Source: an uncultured Clostridia bacterium
GTDB taxonomy: Bacteria > Bacillota > Clostridia > Christensenellales > UBA1242
Direction of reading: 5' to 3'
Assembly (NCBI GenBank): GCA_944372355.1
Contig: CALVYS010000004.1
Coordinates: 1-60,182, forward strand
DNA: 60,182 nt
Part shown: in pieces, positions 35,530 through 45,712 of the stretch
Position numbering within the stretch: position 1 is the stretch's first letter
Layout of the letters: each line of letters begins with the position of its first letter
Translations under genes and position numbers: made by a program
Notes under the pieces: model-generated
The model's input: only the letters and a program-made list of their open reading frames with translations
The model's database searches: none
Told to the model about the DNA's origin: nothing

Positions 35530-37230
35530 TTAGTAGACAATCAGCTCATCAAGCTTTTTCGAAAGGCTTTCTTCTGAGACATAAAACTTTTCACCAGTGG
35601 ATCTCAGGGTTATTTCAAGTTTGCCGCTTTCCAAGGTTTTTGGGCTGATGACAATGCGCACCGGAATTCCCATAAGTTCACTGTCTGTGAGTTTGACACC
35701 TGCTGAGGCGTTGCGGTCATCATAGAGAACTTCAAAGTTTTCAGCAAGCAGGCGTTTGTAAAGCCTTTCAGCTTGGCTGAGCACTCTTTCGTCATCTATG
35801 CGAAGTGGGCAAAGATAGATGTGCCATGGTGCGATTGACATTGGCCAGCACAGACCTTTTTCATCACTGCTTTCTTCTGCAATGCTTGCAAGGCATCTGC
35901 CAACGCCAATTCCATAGCAACCCATGATTGGATTGAGCGAACTTCCATCTGGCATTGTGACAGAAAGGCCCATTGAGGAGGTGTAACGCGTGCCAAGTTG
36001 GAAGATGTTGCCAATTTCAATGCCTCTTTTCACAAGCAAAGGATTGCCGCACACTGGGCACTTTTCACCCTCTTTAACTTTTGAAATGTCAACATATTTT
36101 TCAGGTTTGACATCTCTTGTCATGCTTACGCCGATGTAATGATAGCCCTCTTTGTTGGCACCTGTTACAAAACTTTCCAAACCTTCGAGAGATTTGTCAT
36201 AAAAGATTTCAGCGCCGTCGATGTTGAGGTCCACACAACCTATGTTTCCTTTCACAAGACCGGTTTCTGCCAAATCTTTGATTGCAATCTCTGCCCCTAC
36301 GAGTGCTTTGAGTTTGGATTCGTTGACTTCTTTATCCCCTCTTAAAAAGGCGATAACGATGCGGCTTGAGTCGCCAACAACCGCATAGCAGACTGCCTTT
36401 GCGATTTGCTGTGGGCGTTTGTTAAGGTTTGAGCAAACTTCGTCAATAGTTTTGGCTTCGCCAGTGAACACTTCTGTTTTAACTCCGAAGATGTGATCGT
36501 TTTCTTCTGGAATTGAGGTTGCCACATCGACATTTGAAGCTGTGTCGCAATGTGGGCAAACGATGATGGTGTCCTCACCGATGTCTGTCAAAAGCTGGAA
36601 TTCGTCTGCAACTTTTCCGCCCATCATGCCCGTGTCGGAATGAACGGATATAACCTTTTTCATTCCCATGCGGTTGAAGATTCTAAAATATGCCTCGTAA
36701 ACTTTTTGATAATATTTTTCAAGATCCGCTTGGCTTTCATGGAAGGAATAGGCGTCTTTCATGGTGAACTCGCGAACCCTGATCAGCCCTGCCCTCGGCC
36801 TTGCCTCGTCACGGAATTTGGTTTGAATTTGATAGATCATGAATGGGAGCTGGTCATAGCTTTTCAAGCTGCCAAGAGCTGCGTGAACCGCCGCTTCTTC
36901 ATGAGTCATTCCAAGCACCATGTCGTGATCTGAGCGGTCTTTAAAACGCACGAGTTCTTCGGCAATGGAATCATATCTTCCAGAAAGTTGCCAAAGCTCT
37001 TTTGGCATAACCACAGGAAAAAGGCACTCTTGTCCATCAAGAGCGTCCATCTCCTCGCGAATGATTTGTTGCAACTTTAAATTTATGCGCTGCGCAGGTG
37101 GAAGCAAGGTGTAAATGCCGTTTGCCACTTGTTTTATGTAGCCTGCTCTCACAAGATAAGAGTGGCTTTTCGAGGTTGCCCCAGCAGGAGTTTCTTTTAA
37201 TCTTTCACCAACGAGTTTTGAGAGTTTCAA
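35530..37230 (-). CDS. proS: Proline--tRNA ligase (bacterial type with INS editing domain)
   Basis: 566 aa with class II motifs (FRDEARPRAGLIRVREF, GCYGIGVGR) and a central insertion domain. Confidence 0.96.
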   Translation of the reverse strand: MKLSKLVGERLKETPAGATSKSHSYLVRAGYIKQVANGIYTLLPPAQRINLKLQQIIREEMDALDGQECLFPVVMPKELWQLSGRYDSIAEELVRFKDRSDHDMVLGMTHEEAAVHAALGSLKSYDQLPFMIYQIQTKFRDEARPRAGLIRVREFTMKDAYSFHESQADLEKYYQKVYEAYFRIFNRMGMKKVISVHSDTGMMGGKVADEFQLLTDIGEDTIIVCPHCDTASNVDVATSIPEENDHIFGVKTEVFTGEAKTIDEVCSNLNKRPQQIAKAVCYAVVGDSSRIVIAFLRGDKEVNESKLKALVGAEIAIKDLAETGLVKGNIGCVDLNIDGAEIFYDKSLEGLESFVTGANKEGYHYIGVSMTRDVKPEKYVDISKVKEGEKCPVCGNPLLVKRGIEIGNIFQLGTRYTSSMGLSVTMPDGSSLNPIMGCYGIGVGRCLASIAEESSDEKGLCWPMSIAPWHIYLCPLRIDDERVLSQAERLYKRLLAENFEVLYDDRNASAGVKLTDSELMGIPVRIVISPKTLESGKLEITLRSTGEKFYVSEESLSKKLDELIVY

Positions 37231-37451
37231 TTTTCTTCCTCCTCCATTTTTAGTCCATCTAAGGTGTTTTTGATTTCAAGCAGTTTGCCTTTAACAGTCT
37301 TTAATGAGGAATAACAGAATTTTATAAGCTCTCCCCCTTCTTCAAAAAGTTTGCTGGCCTCTGAAAGTGGCACGCTTTGAGAAGAAAGCTTTTCAACTAT
37401 GTCAGAAAGCTTTTTTATTGCTTGTTCGTATGTCAAATTTGATTCATTCAC
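37227..37451 (-). CDS. xseB: Exodeoxyribonuclease VII small subunit
   Basis: Pattern YEQAIKKLSDIVEKLSS..VPLSEASKLFEEG. A GTG at 37451 preceded by GAGGTGGAG is preferred over the track's TTG at 37475. Confidence 0.85.
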   Translation of the reverse strand: MNESNLTYEQAIKKLSDIVEKLSSQSVPLSEASKLFEEGGELIKFCYSSLKTVKGKLLEIKNTLDGLKMEEEEN

Positions 37452-38559
37452 TCTCCACCTCTTCTGGCTGAGCAATCACCCTGCCATCGTTAAAGAAGAT
37501 TTCTAATTTTGATGATAACACAACGTCTTTGGCGTTGTCAACAACTTTGCCGGCTTGTTCGATTTTGGCATATCCTCGTTTTAAAATAGCCTTTGGATCA
37601 AGTTTTGACAAAGAGTTTTCTAAAAGACCAAGTTCATAGTCCTTGTCTCGAAGGCTGGTTTCGGCCAAAGACAGAAAGGATTTTTCCAAATTCTGCAAAG
37701 TGCTGTCTTGCAAAAATTGTCTTAGTAATGTTGTAAATGAAAGCTTTATTCTTGCGAGTTGAGCTTTTTTGCCGGACGATTCGCTTGTCAAGATTTCGGC
37801 AGCAGCAGAAGGCGTTGGTGCACGCAAATCACTGACAAAATCGATGATCGTGAAATCTGTTTCATGCCCGACAGCTGAAATCAAAGGTTTGTGACAGGCA
37901 AAAGCTGCTCTTGCCACGCGCTCAGTGTTGTAAGCCGCAAGATCTTCCATTGAGCCTCCGCCGCGAGCAACTATGATCACATCAATTTGATCGAAATCAG
38001 ACAACACTTCAATGGCCTTTGCAATCTCTTCCTCGGCTTTGTTGCCCTGAACTTTGACAGGATACAACGCAATGTTTATGGAAGGATCTCTTCGCCAGCA
38101 AACGCTGCAAATGTCGTGGATAACCGCGCCCTCTTTTGAAGTGATCACACCAATCGTTTTGATGTTTTCTGGAATTGGCTTTTTGTTTTCAGGAGCAAAC
38201 AGCCCTTCCTTTTCCAATTTTTCTTTCATCATGAGAAATTGCAGATAAAGTGCACCCTGTCCAAACTTTTCCGCTTTGAAAACGTTGAAAGAAAGCCTTC
38301 CAGCTTTGGCATAATAGTTTGGCGAGCCAGTGACAACAATCTTTGCACCTTCTTCAATCGAAGCAAAAGCGGACTCAACAAAGCACACACATGAAATTGC
38401 TCCACCCTCATCTTTTAAGGAAAAATACAGCACGTTTCTGGATTTGGACACGCCAAAAACTTCTCCAACGATTTTAATGTTGTGGAGAAGTTCTTCGGCA
38501 TCAAAAATTTGTTTGATGTAGGCGTTGTATTGTGAGACAGTGAGCGGGCTAAGACTCAT
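37444..38559 (-). CDS. xseA: Exodeoxyribonuclease VII large subunit
   Basis: The OB-fold N-terminus LTVSQYNAYIKQIF, VITSKEGAVIHD and ARGGGS are all present. AAAGGTGG lies 5 nt before ATG 38559. Confidence 0.92.
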   Translation of the reverse strand: MSLSPLTVSQYNAYIKQIFDAEELLHNIKIVGEVFGVSKSRNVLYFSLKDEGGAISCVCFVESAFASIEEGAKIVVTGSPNYYAKAGRLSFNVFKAEKFGQGALYLQFLMMKEKLEKEGLFAPENKKPIPENIKTIGVITSKEGAVIHDICSVCWRRDPSINIALYPVKVQGNKAEEEIAKAIEVLSDFDQIDVIIVARGGGSMEDLAAYNTERVARAAFACHKPLISAVGHETDFTIIDFVSDLRAPTPSAAAEILTSESSGKKAQLARIKLSFTTLLRQFLQDSTLQNLEKSFLSLAETSLRDKDYELGLLENSLSKLDPKAILKRGYAKIEQAGKVVDNAKDVVLSSKLEIFFNDGRVIAQPEEVESE

Positions 38560-38938
38560 CTTTTCCACCTTTTAAAGCCGAAGCTAAAACGCCATTTAAA
38601 AATTTTGGAGATTCGGTGGTGGAATAAATTTTTGCAAGTTCCACCGTTTCATTTATAACAACAGGTGCTGGAATGGACAGATAGTCGATTTCTGTGATCG
38701 CTTCGCAAAGCAGCGCCAGGTCTATTTTGTGAACGCGATCAAGAGAATAGCCGACCAGCAGCGTTTCGATTTTTTTCTCGATCTGCTCCTTGTTTTGCAG
38801 ATAGGCCTCAAAAATTTCTTTTGTGAAAGCGATGTCTTTTTCGTTCAGCTCCGCCCACAGCTGTTCATCGTCTGGCGAAGAGGTGAACAACCTTTCAAAA
38901 ATCATTTTAAAGGCTTGCACTCGTGAATCTCGCCTCAT
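38549..38938 (-). CDS. nusB: Transcription antitermination factor NusB
   Basis: N-terminus MRRDSRVQAFKMIF and about 130 aa. The position between asp23 and xseA matches Bacillus. Confidence 0.9.
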   Translation of the reverse strand: MRRDSRVQAFKMIFERLFTSSPDDEQLWAELNEKDIAFTKEIFEAYLQNKEQIEKKIETLLVGYSLDRVHKIDLALLCEAITEIDYLSIPAPVVINETVELAKIYSTTESPKFLNGVLASALKGGKDES

Positions 38939-38939
38939 T

Positions 38940-39311
38940 TTAAACCCCGGCATCTATGCGGTCGCAGATGACCTCCATGATGTGAACGTTTATGTTTGAA
39001 GCTTTGATTTCAACCATGCTTGAAAGATTGTTTTTGATGTTTTCTTGAATTTTGGAAGCAAGCTCAGGCACGCTTTCACCGATGTAAACATCGACATAAA
39101 CATCAACTTTGACTGCACCATTGGCATCAAATCTGATTTTAACGCCGTCGCCATCTTCGTTTTTGAAAAGTTTTTTATACCAAGGAAGTTCTTTTTTTGA
39201 AAGCCTTGCAACACCTTTGATCTCTTTGGTTGCCAAGCTTACGATGGAAGAAAGGATCGCTTTGTCGCAAGTGATCTTTCCGCCTTCACCATAAAGTTTT
39301 GTGTCTGCCAT
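38940..39311 (-). CDS. Asp23/Gls24 family envelope stress protein (YqhY-like)
   Basis: Pattern KITCDKAILSSIVSLATKEIKGV, 123 aa, located upstream of nusB. Confidence 0.85.
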   Translation of the reverse strand: MADTKLYGEGGKITCDKAILSSIVSLATKEIKGVARLSKKELPWYKKLFKNEDGDGVKIRFDANGAVKVDVYVDVYIGESVPELASKIQENIKNNLSSMVEIKASNINVHIMEVICDRIDAGV

Positions 39312-39334
39312 AAAATTTCTCCTAATCTAGGACA

Positions 39335-39363
39335 ATTATAACACACTTTGATGGCATTTTCAA
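39335..39363 (-). promoter_or_regulatory. SigA promoter of the asp23-nusB-xseAB-proS unit: TTGAAA-17-(TGt)TATAAT
   Basis: Read directly on the minus strand. Confidence 0.7.
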
Positions 39364-39364
39364 A

Positions 39365-39832
39365 CTAATCGACTGGAATAACATTAATATTTTCGAAATC
39401 AATATTTAAATTGTTTTCAACAATGTCCACGATTTGAGAAAGAACTTCTGGGCTTACAGATGATGCATCAACCAAAACATTGACATCGCTGCTTCCCAGT
39501 GCTATGACGCAGTCGTCAAATCCAAGCCCCATGATGAGCCCTTCAACCACAAGCTCTTTGTCTATTTGAGCGATGAGCGCCTCACGTGCGGCGTTGGCAT
39601 TTGCAACAGCTTCTTCTGTTGAGTTTTCACTTTCAGCTATGCCTTGATAGTACAAAAGCATTTGGTCGCGTCTGTCTTCCCTATACTGTCTGTATGAAGC
39701 GAAATAGCTTGTTGTGGTTGTGCTGGTTGGTGTGTCAGAAACCGAGTTGTTTAAAGCGATGTTGAGATAGCCTGTCACTCCCAGAAGCACAATCATGACT
39801 GCAAGAATGATTATTTTTGTTCTTTTTTTCAT
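39365..39832 (-). CDS. spoIIIAH: Stage III sporulation protein AH
   Basis: N-terminal TM helix and YscJ/FliF-like C-terminal part. It is the last gene of an 8-gene spoIIIA cluster. Confidence 0.8.
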   Translation of the reverse strand: MKKRTKIIILAVMIVLLGVTGYLNIALNNSVSDTPTSTTTTSYFASYRQYREDRRDQMLLYYQGIAESENSTEEAVANANAAREALIAQIDKELVVEGLIMGLGFDDCVIALGSSDVNVLVDASSVSPEVLSQIVDIVENNLNIDFENINVIPVD

Positions 39833-39844
39833 GTTAATCTCCTT

Positions 39845-40375
39845 TTAAGAACGAGTTAAAATGGTTATGTTTTCGTTTGGGACATCGATCGCCGTTTGAA
39901 TGGCAGTGATCAGATCCACCTTCACAGAAAAGTCATCTGCGCCAGAGGCTGAAACCAGCACTCCTTTGATTTTTGGATAGACCTCTTGTGTGAGCACAGG
40001 CTGTCCGTCAACCAAAATGATTGAGGTTGTGGTCTGCGAGCCAGATGATGTTTCTCTGATGGTTTCTTCTGTGGCGTAAACATACTCAAAACCGCTTTCC
40101 AGGGTGACAACCACTGTCACATTTCCAGCACCTTTAACAGTTGAGAGTAAGCTTTCAAGCTTGTTTTCCAACGAGGAGGCGTATTGTTCTGATGCAGAAA
40201 GCTCGCCGCTTTGAGTCACGCTTGAATCGTTGTTTGAGCTTGGAGTGCGGAGAAAGGCAAAGTAACAAATCACCAAGATCAGCGCAAATAAGATGGCCAG
40301 TCCTATTTGAACTTTTCTGTTGGATTTGATGACATTTAAAAGTTTTTCCAGCTTTTGCGAAAACTTATCTTTCAA
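39845..40375 (-). CDS. spoIIIAG: Stage III sporulation protein AG
   Basis: One TM helix followed by a beta-rich ring-forming domain (GAGNVTVVVTLESG...ILTRS). GGGAGGGTG precedes TTG 40375; the track ATG at 40399 is also possible. Confidence 0.78.
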   Translation of the reverse strand: MKDKFSQKLEKLLNVIKSNRKVQIGLAILFALILVICYFAFLRTPSSNNDSSVTQSGELSASEQYASSLENKLESLLSTVKGAGNVTVVVTLESGFEYVYATEETIRETSSGSQTTTSIILVDGQPVLTQEVYPKIKGVLVSASGADDFSVKVDLITAIQTAIDVPNENITILTRS

Positions 40376-40865
40376 AATGCACCCTCCCTTTTTCAACATC
40401 TACGCGACTTCTAATTAGGCTCAGAATTTCCTCTTCGATGTCTATAATATTTGTATGTTCCGCCTTGTCCAATATGACTAAATTTTGAAGTTCGACATAA
40501 ATTGCAGTTATTGTAAAATTCGTGCTGTAATTCTCACAGGAGACACTGACTTTGACATTTTCATAGCCTGCCTGTTCGATGTCGTTTGCCAGTTGAGTTT
40601 GCAAGGCTTCGGTTTTGTAGACATTAAGCTGAAAGAGATAATCCTCTTGCAAGGTGTATTCTTCTTCTATTGAAATTTGAGAAAAATCAAAATTTTTGCC
40701 AACCAGCCCTGGAAGAGGCGCGATGATCACAAGCACCACAACAAAGGAAAAGATCGAACGAATATATTTGTTAAGCGAGCCTTCCGGCAAGATGAGCTCG
40801 ACAATCACTGAGATGCTGATCACTCCTGCTATGGAAAGAATCCAACTGGAAATCGAAGAAAACAT
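40365..40865 (-). CDS. spoIIIAF: Stage III sporulation protein AF
   Basis: Two N-terminal TM helices, 166 aa, and position in the cluster. Confidence 0.78.
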   Translation of the reverse strand: MFSSISSWILSIAGVISISVIVELILPEGSLNKYIRSIFSFVVVLVIIAPLPGLVGKNFDFSQISIEEEYTLQEDYLFQLNVYKTEALQTQLANDIEQAGYENVKVSVSCENYSTNFTITAIYVELQNLVILDKAEHTNIIDIEEEILSLIRSRVDVEKGRVHFER

Positions 40866-40876
40866 TTCTCACCTCC

Positions 40877-42088
40877 CTACAAAATGTTTGCGCTGCACAT
40901 CACAAGGCCAGTGAGCAAAACATACATGAACGAAACGGCAGCCACCATAGAAACCAGCAGTGTCATGTTTTTGGAAAGTGTGCTGACAAATGATGCGATT
41001 TTGCCATCACCGAGAGGTTCGATGATTCCGGCCATAAGTTTTAATGCTAAAATAAAAATGACAAGCTCGATGATCGGAGAAAGAATGGTTCCTGCAAGCA
41101 GCAAAAGTCCGGCAGCTCCAACCGCATTTTTAATCAAACTAGATGAGGCAAGCACAATGTAAAAGCCATCAGAGATGTAGGAGCCGACGATTGGAATATA
41201 GCTTTTGATTGCAAACTTGGCGGTTTTTATGGAAAGTCCGTCGATCGATCCAGCAGTTATGCCCTGCACTGCGGCGAAACTTATGAAAATCGTAAAGATC
41301 AAACCCACGATCCATTTGAACAGAGAATTTAAAAACGAGATGAATTTGTCAAGTTTGACATTGTTGGATAAGTTTGAAACAAGCGACAGCACGGTTGAAA
41401 TGAGAAAGATTGGCATCAAAACCATGGTGAAAACATTTATGATTAAACTGGACAAAAGTGCCATAGCAGGTTGATAGACCGAAACCGAAACCGAACCTCC
41501 AACTGCGGTGAGCATTGTGAGAAGAATTGGAAACACTGCGTCCATCTGTGCTTTTATGGAAGAGATCGTGTTTGTGGTGACAGACACCATGCGCATCACT
41601 ATTGTGAAAATCAAAATTATGACAACACCATAAGTGACAAAGTGAATCACAGACCCTATGGATTTGCCAGAGAGATTGGGTTTTAAATTTTGTATCATTC
41701 CACCCAAAATCGACACGGCAATCACGGTTGCGATGATTGGAAGAAAGGCCAAAAGATTGTCGAAGATCAAGTTTAAAAGAGCTTGCCAAACCGAAGTTGA
41801 GTCCTCACCAAATTCGCCGCTTATTATGGCGACAATCTTATCAAAAAAGCTCATTCCGCCAAAGAGGTCTTGCCCTTGATCAGAATTGTTTAAAATGTCT
41901 TCAAGTTCTGAAAAATCCAAATCGCCAAGTTGGTCGTTGACAGAGTCGTCCAGTTGGTCTTCCAAGCTTTCGTCCTCCGCTGCTGAGGCGGCCAAAACAG
42001 GCTGATTTGTCGTGGCGGAGGAAATGAGAATTATTGCAGGAGAAAGCAGCAAAAATATGGCAGCGATTGCAAGAGTCAGCTTTTTCAT
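40877..42088 (-). CDS. spoIIIAE: Stage III sporulation protein AE
   Basis: Signal peptide, then a polytopic 403-aa membrane protein. Position in the cluster fits. Confidence 0.85.
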   Translation of the reverse strand: MKKLTLAIAAIFLLLSPAIILISSATTNQPVLAASAAEDESLEDQLDDSVNDQLGDLDFSELEDILNNSDQGQDLFGGMSFFDKIVAIISGEFGEDSTSVWQALLNLIFDNLLAFLPIIATVIAVSILGGMIQNLKPNLSGKSIGSVIHFVTYGVVIILIFTIVMRMVSVTTNTISSIKAQMDAVFPILLTMLTAVGGSVSVSVYQPAMALLSSLIINVFTMVLMPIFLISTVLSLVSNLSNNVKLDKFISFLNSLFKWIVGLIFTIFISFAAVQGITAGSIDGLSIKTAKFAIKSYIPIVGSYISDGFYIVLASSSLIKNAVGAAGLLLLAGTILSPIIELVIFILALKLMAGIIEPLGDGKIASFVSTLSKNMTLLVSMVAAVSFMYVLLTGLVMCSANIL

Positions 42089-42477
42089 GTTGGCAACAGC
42101 TCCATGACAATGTTCATGATGCTGGTTATGATTGGAATTGCCATCACCATTATGACAATTTTTCCTCCAAGCAGCATCTTGTCTCCAAGCCCTGCACTGC
42201 CTGCATCAGCACATATGCTTGCAGAAAATTCGGTTAAATAACCCACACCGATAATTTTAAAAACCAGCGACAACAATTCGCCATTCACACCAGTTCTTTG
42301 CGCAATCGAATTTATCAGCGAGATGGCGTTTGTCAGAGTTGAGAGCACCATGGCAAGAATGACAATTCCACCCACAAGCGAAATCACCATGGCAAAATCT
42401 GCACGCACTGGCTTGACTATCAGTGCGGCTATGCAAGTGATCATGCCGATGCCAACGATTTTTAAAATCAACTCCAC
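42085..42477 (-). CDS. spoIIIAD: Stage III sporulation protein AD
   Basis: 130-aa, 4-TM protein starting MELILKIVGIGMI.... Confidence 0.85.
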   Translation of the reverse strand: MELILKIVGIGMITCIAALIVKPVRADFAMVISLVGGIVILAMVLSTLTNAISLINSIAQRTGVNGELLSLVFKIIGVGYLTEFSASICADAGSAGLGDKMLLGGKIVIMVMAIPIITSIMNIVMELLPT

Positions 42478-42496
42478 GTGCGTTGTTTCTCCTTCT

Positions 42497-42691
42497 TCAA
42501 AAGTCGAACATGGTTTTTATCGTTCCAAACAAATCTCCAATCAGCGACAGCACCATGACAAGAACGATGATAAGCCCAGCAAGTGTTGCCAAAGTGCCGA
42601 TTTCTTCCTTGCCAGTTTGTTTGAGAATTTGCGCCACGACTGCCGTCAAAATTCCTATGGCTGCGATTTTGAAAATGATTTCCACTCCCAC
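42497..42691 (-). CDS. spoIIIAC: Stage III sporulation protein AC
   Basis: 64-aa, 2-TM protein with IFKIAAIGILTAVVAQILKQTGKEE. Confidence 0.85.
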   Translation of the reverse strand: MGVEIIFKIAAIGILTAVVAQILKQTGKEEIGTLATLAGLIIVLVMVLSLIGDLFGTIKTMFDF

Positions 42692-42703
42692 TTTTCAGCC
42701 CTC

Positions 42704-43198
42704 CTAAATCAAAATGACCAGCAAAAACAGCCCTGCAATCACACCGAGCTTTATGCAAAGCGAGCCATACTTTTTGTTTTCTTGTGAACACTTGGACAAG
42801 CTTTCATCAAAGCGTTTGGAAAAATTTGCAATCTCTTTGCTTTGTCCCATCACATCACTTCGACCCAGCGAACGGAAAAACAAAAATATTGTCTCTTTTT
42901 CATCAGCCTTTAAGAATTGAATGTTTTTGAAAAGTGCCTCTTGCGAAAGTTCGGCGGTGCCATCAAGATAGGTCAGGTAATTTTTGTCAAGACCATAAAG
43001 ATTTTTTTTGTTTTTTTCGTCCATCGCTTCGATGAGTTTTTTAAGACGCTCTCTTGAAAAATTGATCTCAACGTCAAGCTTTTGTGCAAACATTATCAGC
43101 GCTGAATAAAACCATTCACGTTTTTTGTAACGCATGGAAAAAATCCAGCCGATAAGCACACACGCAGCAAACAAAACCGCAATCAAAACCCATTTCAT
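42704..43198 (-). CDS. spoIIIAB: Stage III sporulation protein AB
   Basis: 164 aa with N- and C-terminal TM helices and a GspF-like helical core. Position in the cluster fits. Confidence 0.8.
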   Translation of the reverse strand: MKWVLIAVLFAACVLIGWIFSMRYKKREWFYSALIMFAQKLDVEINFSRERLKKLIEAMDEKNKKNLYGLDKNYLTYLDGTAELSQEALFKNIQFLKADEKETIFLFFRSLGRSDVMGQSKEIANFSKRFDESLSKCSQENKKYGSLCIKLGVIAGLFLLVILI

Positions 43199-43207
43199 AA
43201 CCCCTCC

Positions 43208-44110
43208 TTAAAAGCGCATCAAGCGCGAAAAATTTTCATCAAAGATGCCTTCCAAAGTGCCTGGTCCCTCACGCATGGAAAGCACAACAAAACGCTTGAA
43301 AATCTTTTCGTCTAAAATTTCTTTAAATGCTTGCTTTTTGACAAATGAGTCAATCGAATCCGAGTGTGCAGAAGCCATGATGTTGACGCCTGAATTAGAG
43401 GCGTATCTGACAGCTTCCATGTCCTCCCACTCGCCGAGCTCGTCTGTCACAATCAAGTTTGGCGCAAGCGAACGAATGCCGTTTTCAAAGCCTATTTTTT
43501 TGCTTGAAAAACTGATGACGTCTGAAAATAGCCCCAAACCTTTGCCAATGTTGAGTTCGCCTCTTTCGTCCAAAACCAAGATGTTGTAAGCCAAGTTTCG
43601 CTCAGAAAGTTGCCAAACAAAATCGCGCAGAAAGGTGGTTTTTCCAGCACCCGGAGGAGAAATGACAAGTGTGTTTAAAATGCCAGTGTCTTTAACTATG
43701 GAAGAATAAGCTTTTAGCGAACAATTTTTAACTTCATGTGGAATTCTGATGTTGACCGACGAAAAGCCGGTCATGGTTTTGAGAGCTCCGCTTTCTTCAA
43801 TCACATTGCCTGCAAGCCCAATCCTCACACCTTCACTTGTGACGATGTAACCTTTTTTGATTTGCTCATTGACAGAGTATATGGAACACTCACTTGCCCG
43901 AAACACGATCTCTTCAATCATGGACTTTGTGGCAAAGATTGCACGGTTCAGCTCTTTGCACGCACCGCTCTCGCCGAGGAAAAACTTCTGCCCCATTGCA
44001 GACAGCAAAACAGGCTTGTCCGCACGCAATCTGATTTCATTCAGGCGTGAAAAGCCCACTTTGTTTGCGAGCGGAATGTAAACCGTGTCAGGCAAAATCC
44101 CTTCAAGCAT
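43208..44110 (-). CDS. spoIIIAA: Stage III sporulation protein AA (secretion-type ATPase)
   Basis: Walker A SPPGAGKTTFLRD and Walker B ILVLDERGE. Confidence 0.9.
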   Translation of the reverse strand: MLEGILPDTVYIPLANKVGFSRLNEIRLRADKPVLLSAMGQKFFLGESGACKELNRAIFATKSMIEEIVFRASECSIYSVNEQIKKGYIVTSEGVRIGLAGNVIEESGALKTMTGFSSVNIRIPHEVKNCSLKAYSSIVKDTGILNTLVISPPGAGKTTFLRDFVWQLSERNLAYNILVLDERGELNIGKGLGLFSDVISFSSKKIGFENGIRSLAPNLIVTDELGEWEDMEAVRYASNSGVNIMASAHSDSIDSFVKKQAFKEILDEKIFKRFVVLSMREGPGTLEGIFDENFSRLMRF

Positions 44111-44131
44111 TAAAGCCTCCTTTACAAGAAA

Positions 44132-44161
44132 AATATATGAAGGCTTTTAAGCATGCTATGA
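44132..44161 (-). promoter_or_regulatory. SigE-like promoter candidate for spoIIIA: tcATA-17-CATATAtT
   Basis: It resembles the SigE consensus (ATA ... CATACA-T) with two -10 mismatches. Confidence 0.3.
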
Positions 44162-44186
44162 AGAAAAGCTGTGCAAATTTTGTCAT

Positions 44187-44210
44187 AAAAAAAAGAGGCC
44201 TTTCGGCCTC
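44187..44210 (-). terminator. Rho-independent terminator after efp
   Basis: The minus strand reads GAGGCC-gaaa-GGCCTC followed by T8. Confidence 0.9.
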
Positions 44211-44226
44211 AGATAATTCAATCTAA

Positions 44227-44793
44227 TCAATTCTTTTTGCAGCGTTCAAGATAGCTTCCATCACGCGTGTCGATTTTCACTCTGTCACCCTGGTTGACAA
44301 AAAGTGGAACGTTGATGACATATCCTGTTTCCAATTTTGCTGGTTTTAAAGTGGCTTTTGAAGTGTCACCTTGAATGCCTGGTTCACAGTCCACAATTTC
44401 GAGTTCAACAAATGTTGGTGGATAAACTGCAAATGGTGTGCCCTTGTAAAAATACATTGTGGCATTCATGTTTTCGATCATAAAATTCAATGCGTCTGCC
44501 ACGGCGTCCTTGTTCAAAGGAATTTGATCGAAAGTTTCAGTGTCCATAAAGTAATAAAGCTCGCCATCGTTGTAAAGATAGGTCATCTCTTTTTTCTCAA
44601 TGACTGCTGACTGGAATTTGTCCGAAGGGTTGAATGTGTCCTCTCGAACTTGACCTGTCATAACGTTTTTGATTTTTGCTCTAACAAATGGTGAGCCCTT
44701 TCCTGGTTTAACATGCAAAAAGTCAACCACTGTGTAAACTGCTCCGTCCATTTCAAAAGTTGTGCCTTTTCTGAATTCTCCTGCTGTTACCAT
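44227..44793 (-). CDS. efp: Elongation factor P
   Basis: [43 protein letters not shown]. Confidence 0.97.
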   Translation of the reverse strand: MVTAGEFRKGTTFEMDGAVYTVVDFLHVKPGKGSPFVRAKIKNVMTGQVREDTFNPSDKFQSAVIEKKEMTYLYNDGELYYFMDTETFDQIPLNKDAVADALNFMIENMNATMYFYKGTPFAVYPPTFVELEIVDCEPGIQGDTSKATLKPAKLETGYVINVPLFVNQGDRVKIDTRDGSYLERCKKN

Positions 44794-44826
44794 AACATCT
44801 CCTTAAAATTAATATATTCTATTCTA

Positions 44827-45702
44827 TCACACTGAAAGCTTCTTGCCAAGTGTTTTTTGATAAATTTCTTTCATTTCAAGTGCATCTTCTGCCATATGAC
44901 CAGCAGATTCGCAAATTATATGTGGTGAAAGTTTGAGCTCTGCCAAAGCCTCAGCCAAAGGCTGGAAATCTGGCCCATAAAGGTTGTCGTCAAAGTTCAA
45001 ATGCTTGATCTCACCTTTTTCTCCATACTGTATTTTAGAAAAATGAATGTGGCATTTTTCTGTGCGCTCACGACCAATCAATTCGATGGATCGATTCAAA
45101 ATTTTCAAAAAGTCCTCTTTTGTTTTTAAGCTGCCTTGCGTCAAAGCATTTATATGCCCGAAATCAAAAGTTGGAAGCAAGTGCGGATTTTGCGTGCAGA
45201 TTTGTAAAACCTCTTCATATGTGCCAATTTGCTGAGATTTTCCCATGGTTTCTGGGCAGAGATATATTCCTTCCAACAACCCCTGTCTGTCAAGAGAATT
45301 TACAAATTCGCCGATCCTCGATTTGGCCAAGTTGAAGGCCTCTGTTCTGCCCATTTTCCCTGTGGAAGCTGGATGAAAAACCAACCTGTTCCCACCAAAG
45401 GCTCGCAAAAATTTGATGCCGGTTGTTATGTAGCCATAAGTTTTGCCAAGCAAAACTGGATCTGGTGAAGCAAAATTGATAAAATAAGGCGCGTGAATAG
45501 AAAGCTCTATGCCTTGCGTTTCAAATTCTTTGCCAATCAAATTCGCTGTTTCCATGTTCATTCGATAGCCTCGGCCAAACGAATATTCAAACAAATCAAG
45601 CCCCTTGTCTTTAACCCATTTTGCTGCTTGCAACGTGGATTTGTTGGCATCGTCTTGATAAAATGATTCGCTGTTTCCAGCTGGACCAAATAATGCAGGC
45701 AT
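44827..45702 (-). CDS. Xylose-isomerase-like TIM-barrel protein (AP endonuclease family 2 / endonuclease IV-like)
   Basis: Metal-ligand-like H/E/D pattern (SIHAPYFINF, LVFHPAS, FDFGHINA, HIHFSKIQY, ICES). The exact subfamily is unresolved. Confidence 0.6.
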   Translation of the reverse strand: MPALFGPAGNSESFYQDDANKSTLQAAKWVKDKGLDLFEYSFGRGYRMNMETANLIGKEFETQGIELSIHAPYFINFASPDPVLLGKTYGYITTGIKFLRAFGGNRLVFHPASTGKMGRTEAFNLAKSRIGEFVNSLDRQGLLEGIYLCPETMGKSQQIGTYEEVLQICTQNPHLLPTFDFGHINALTQGSLKTKEDFLKILNRSIELIGRERTEKCHIHFSKIQYGEKGEIKHLNFDDNLYGPDFQPLAEALAELKLSPHIICESAGHMAEDALEMKEIYQKTLGKKLSV

Positions 45703-45712
45703 GTTTCCTCCT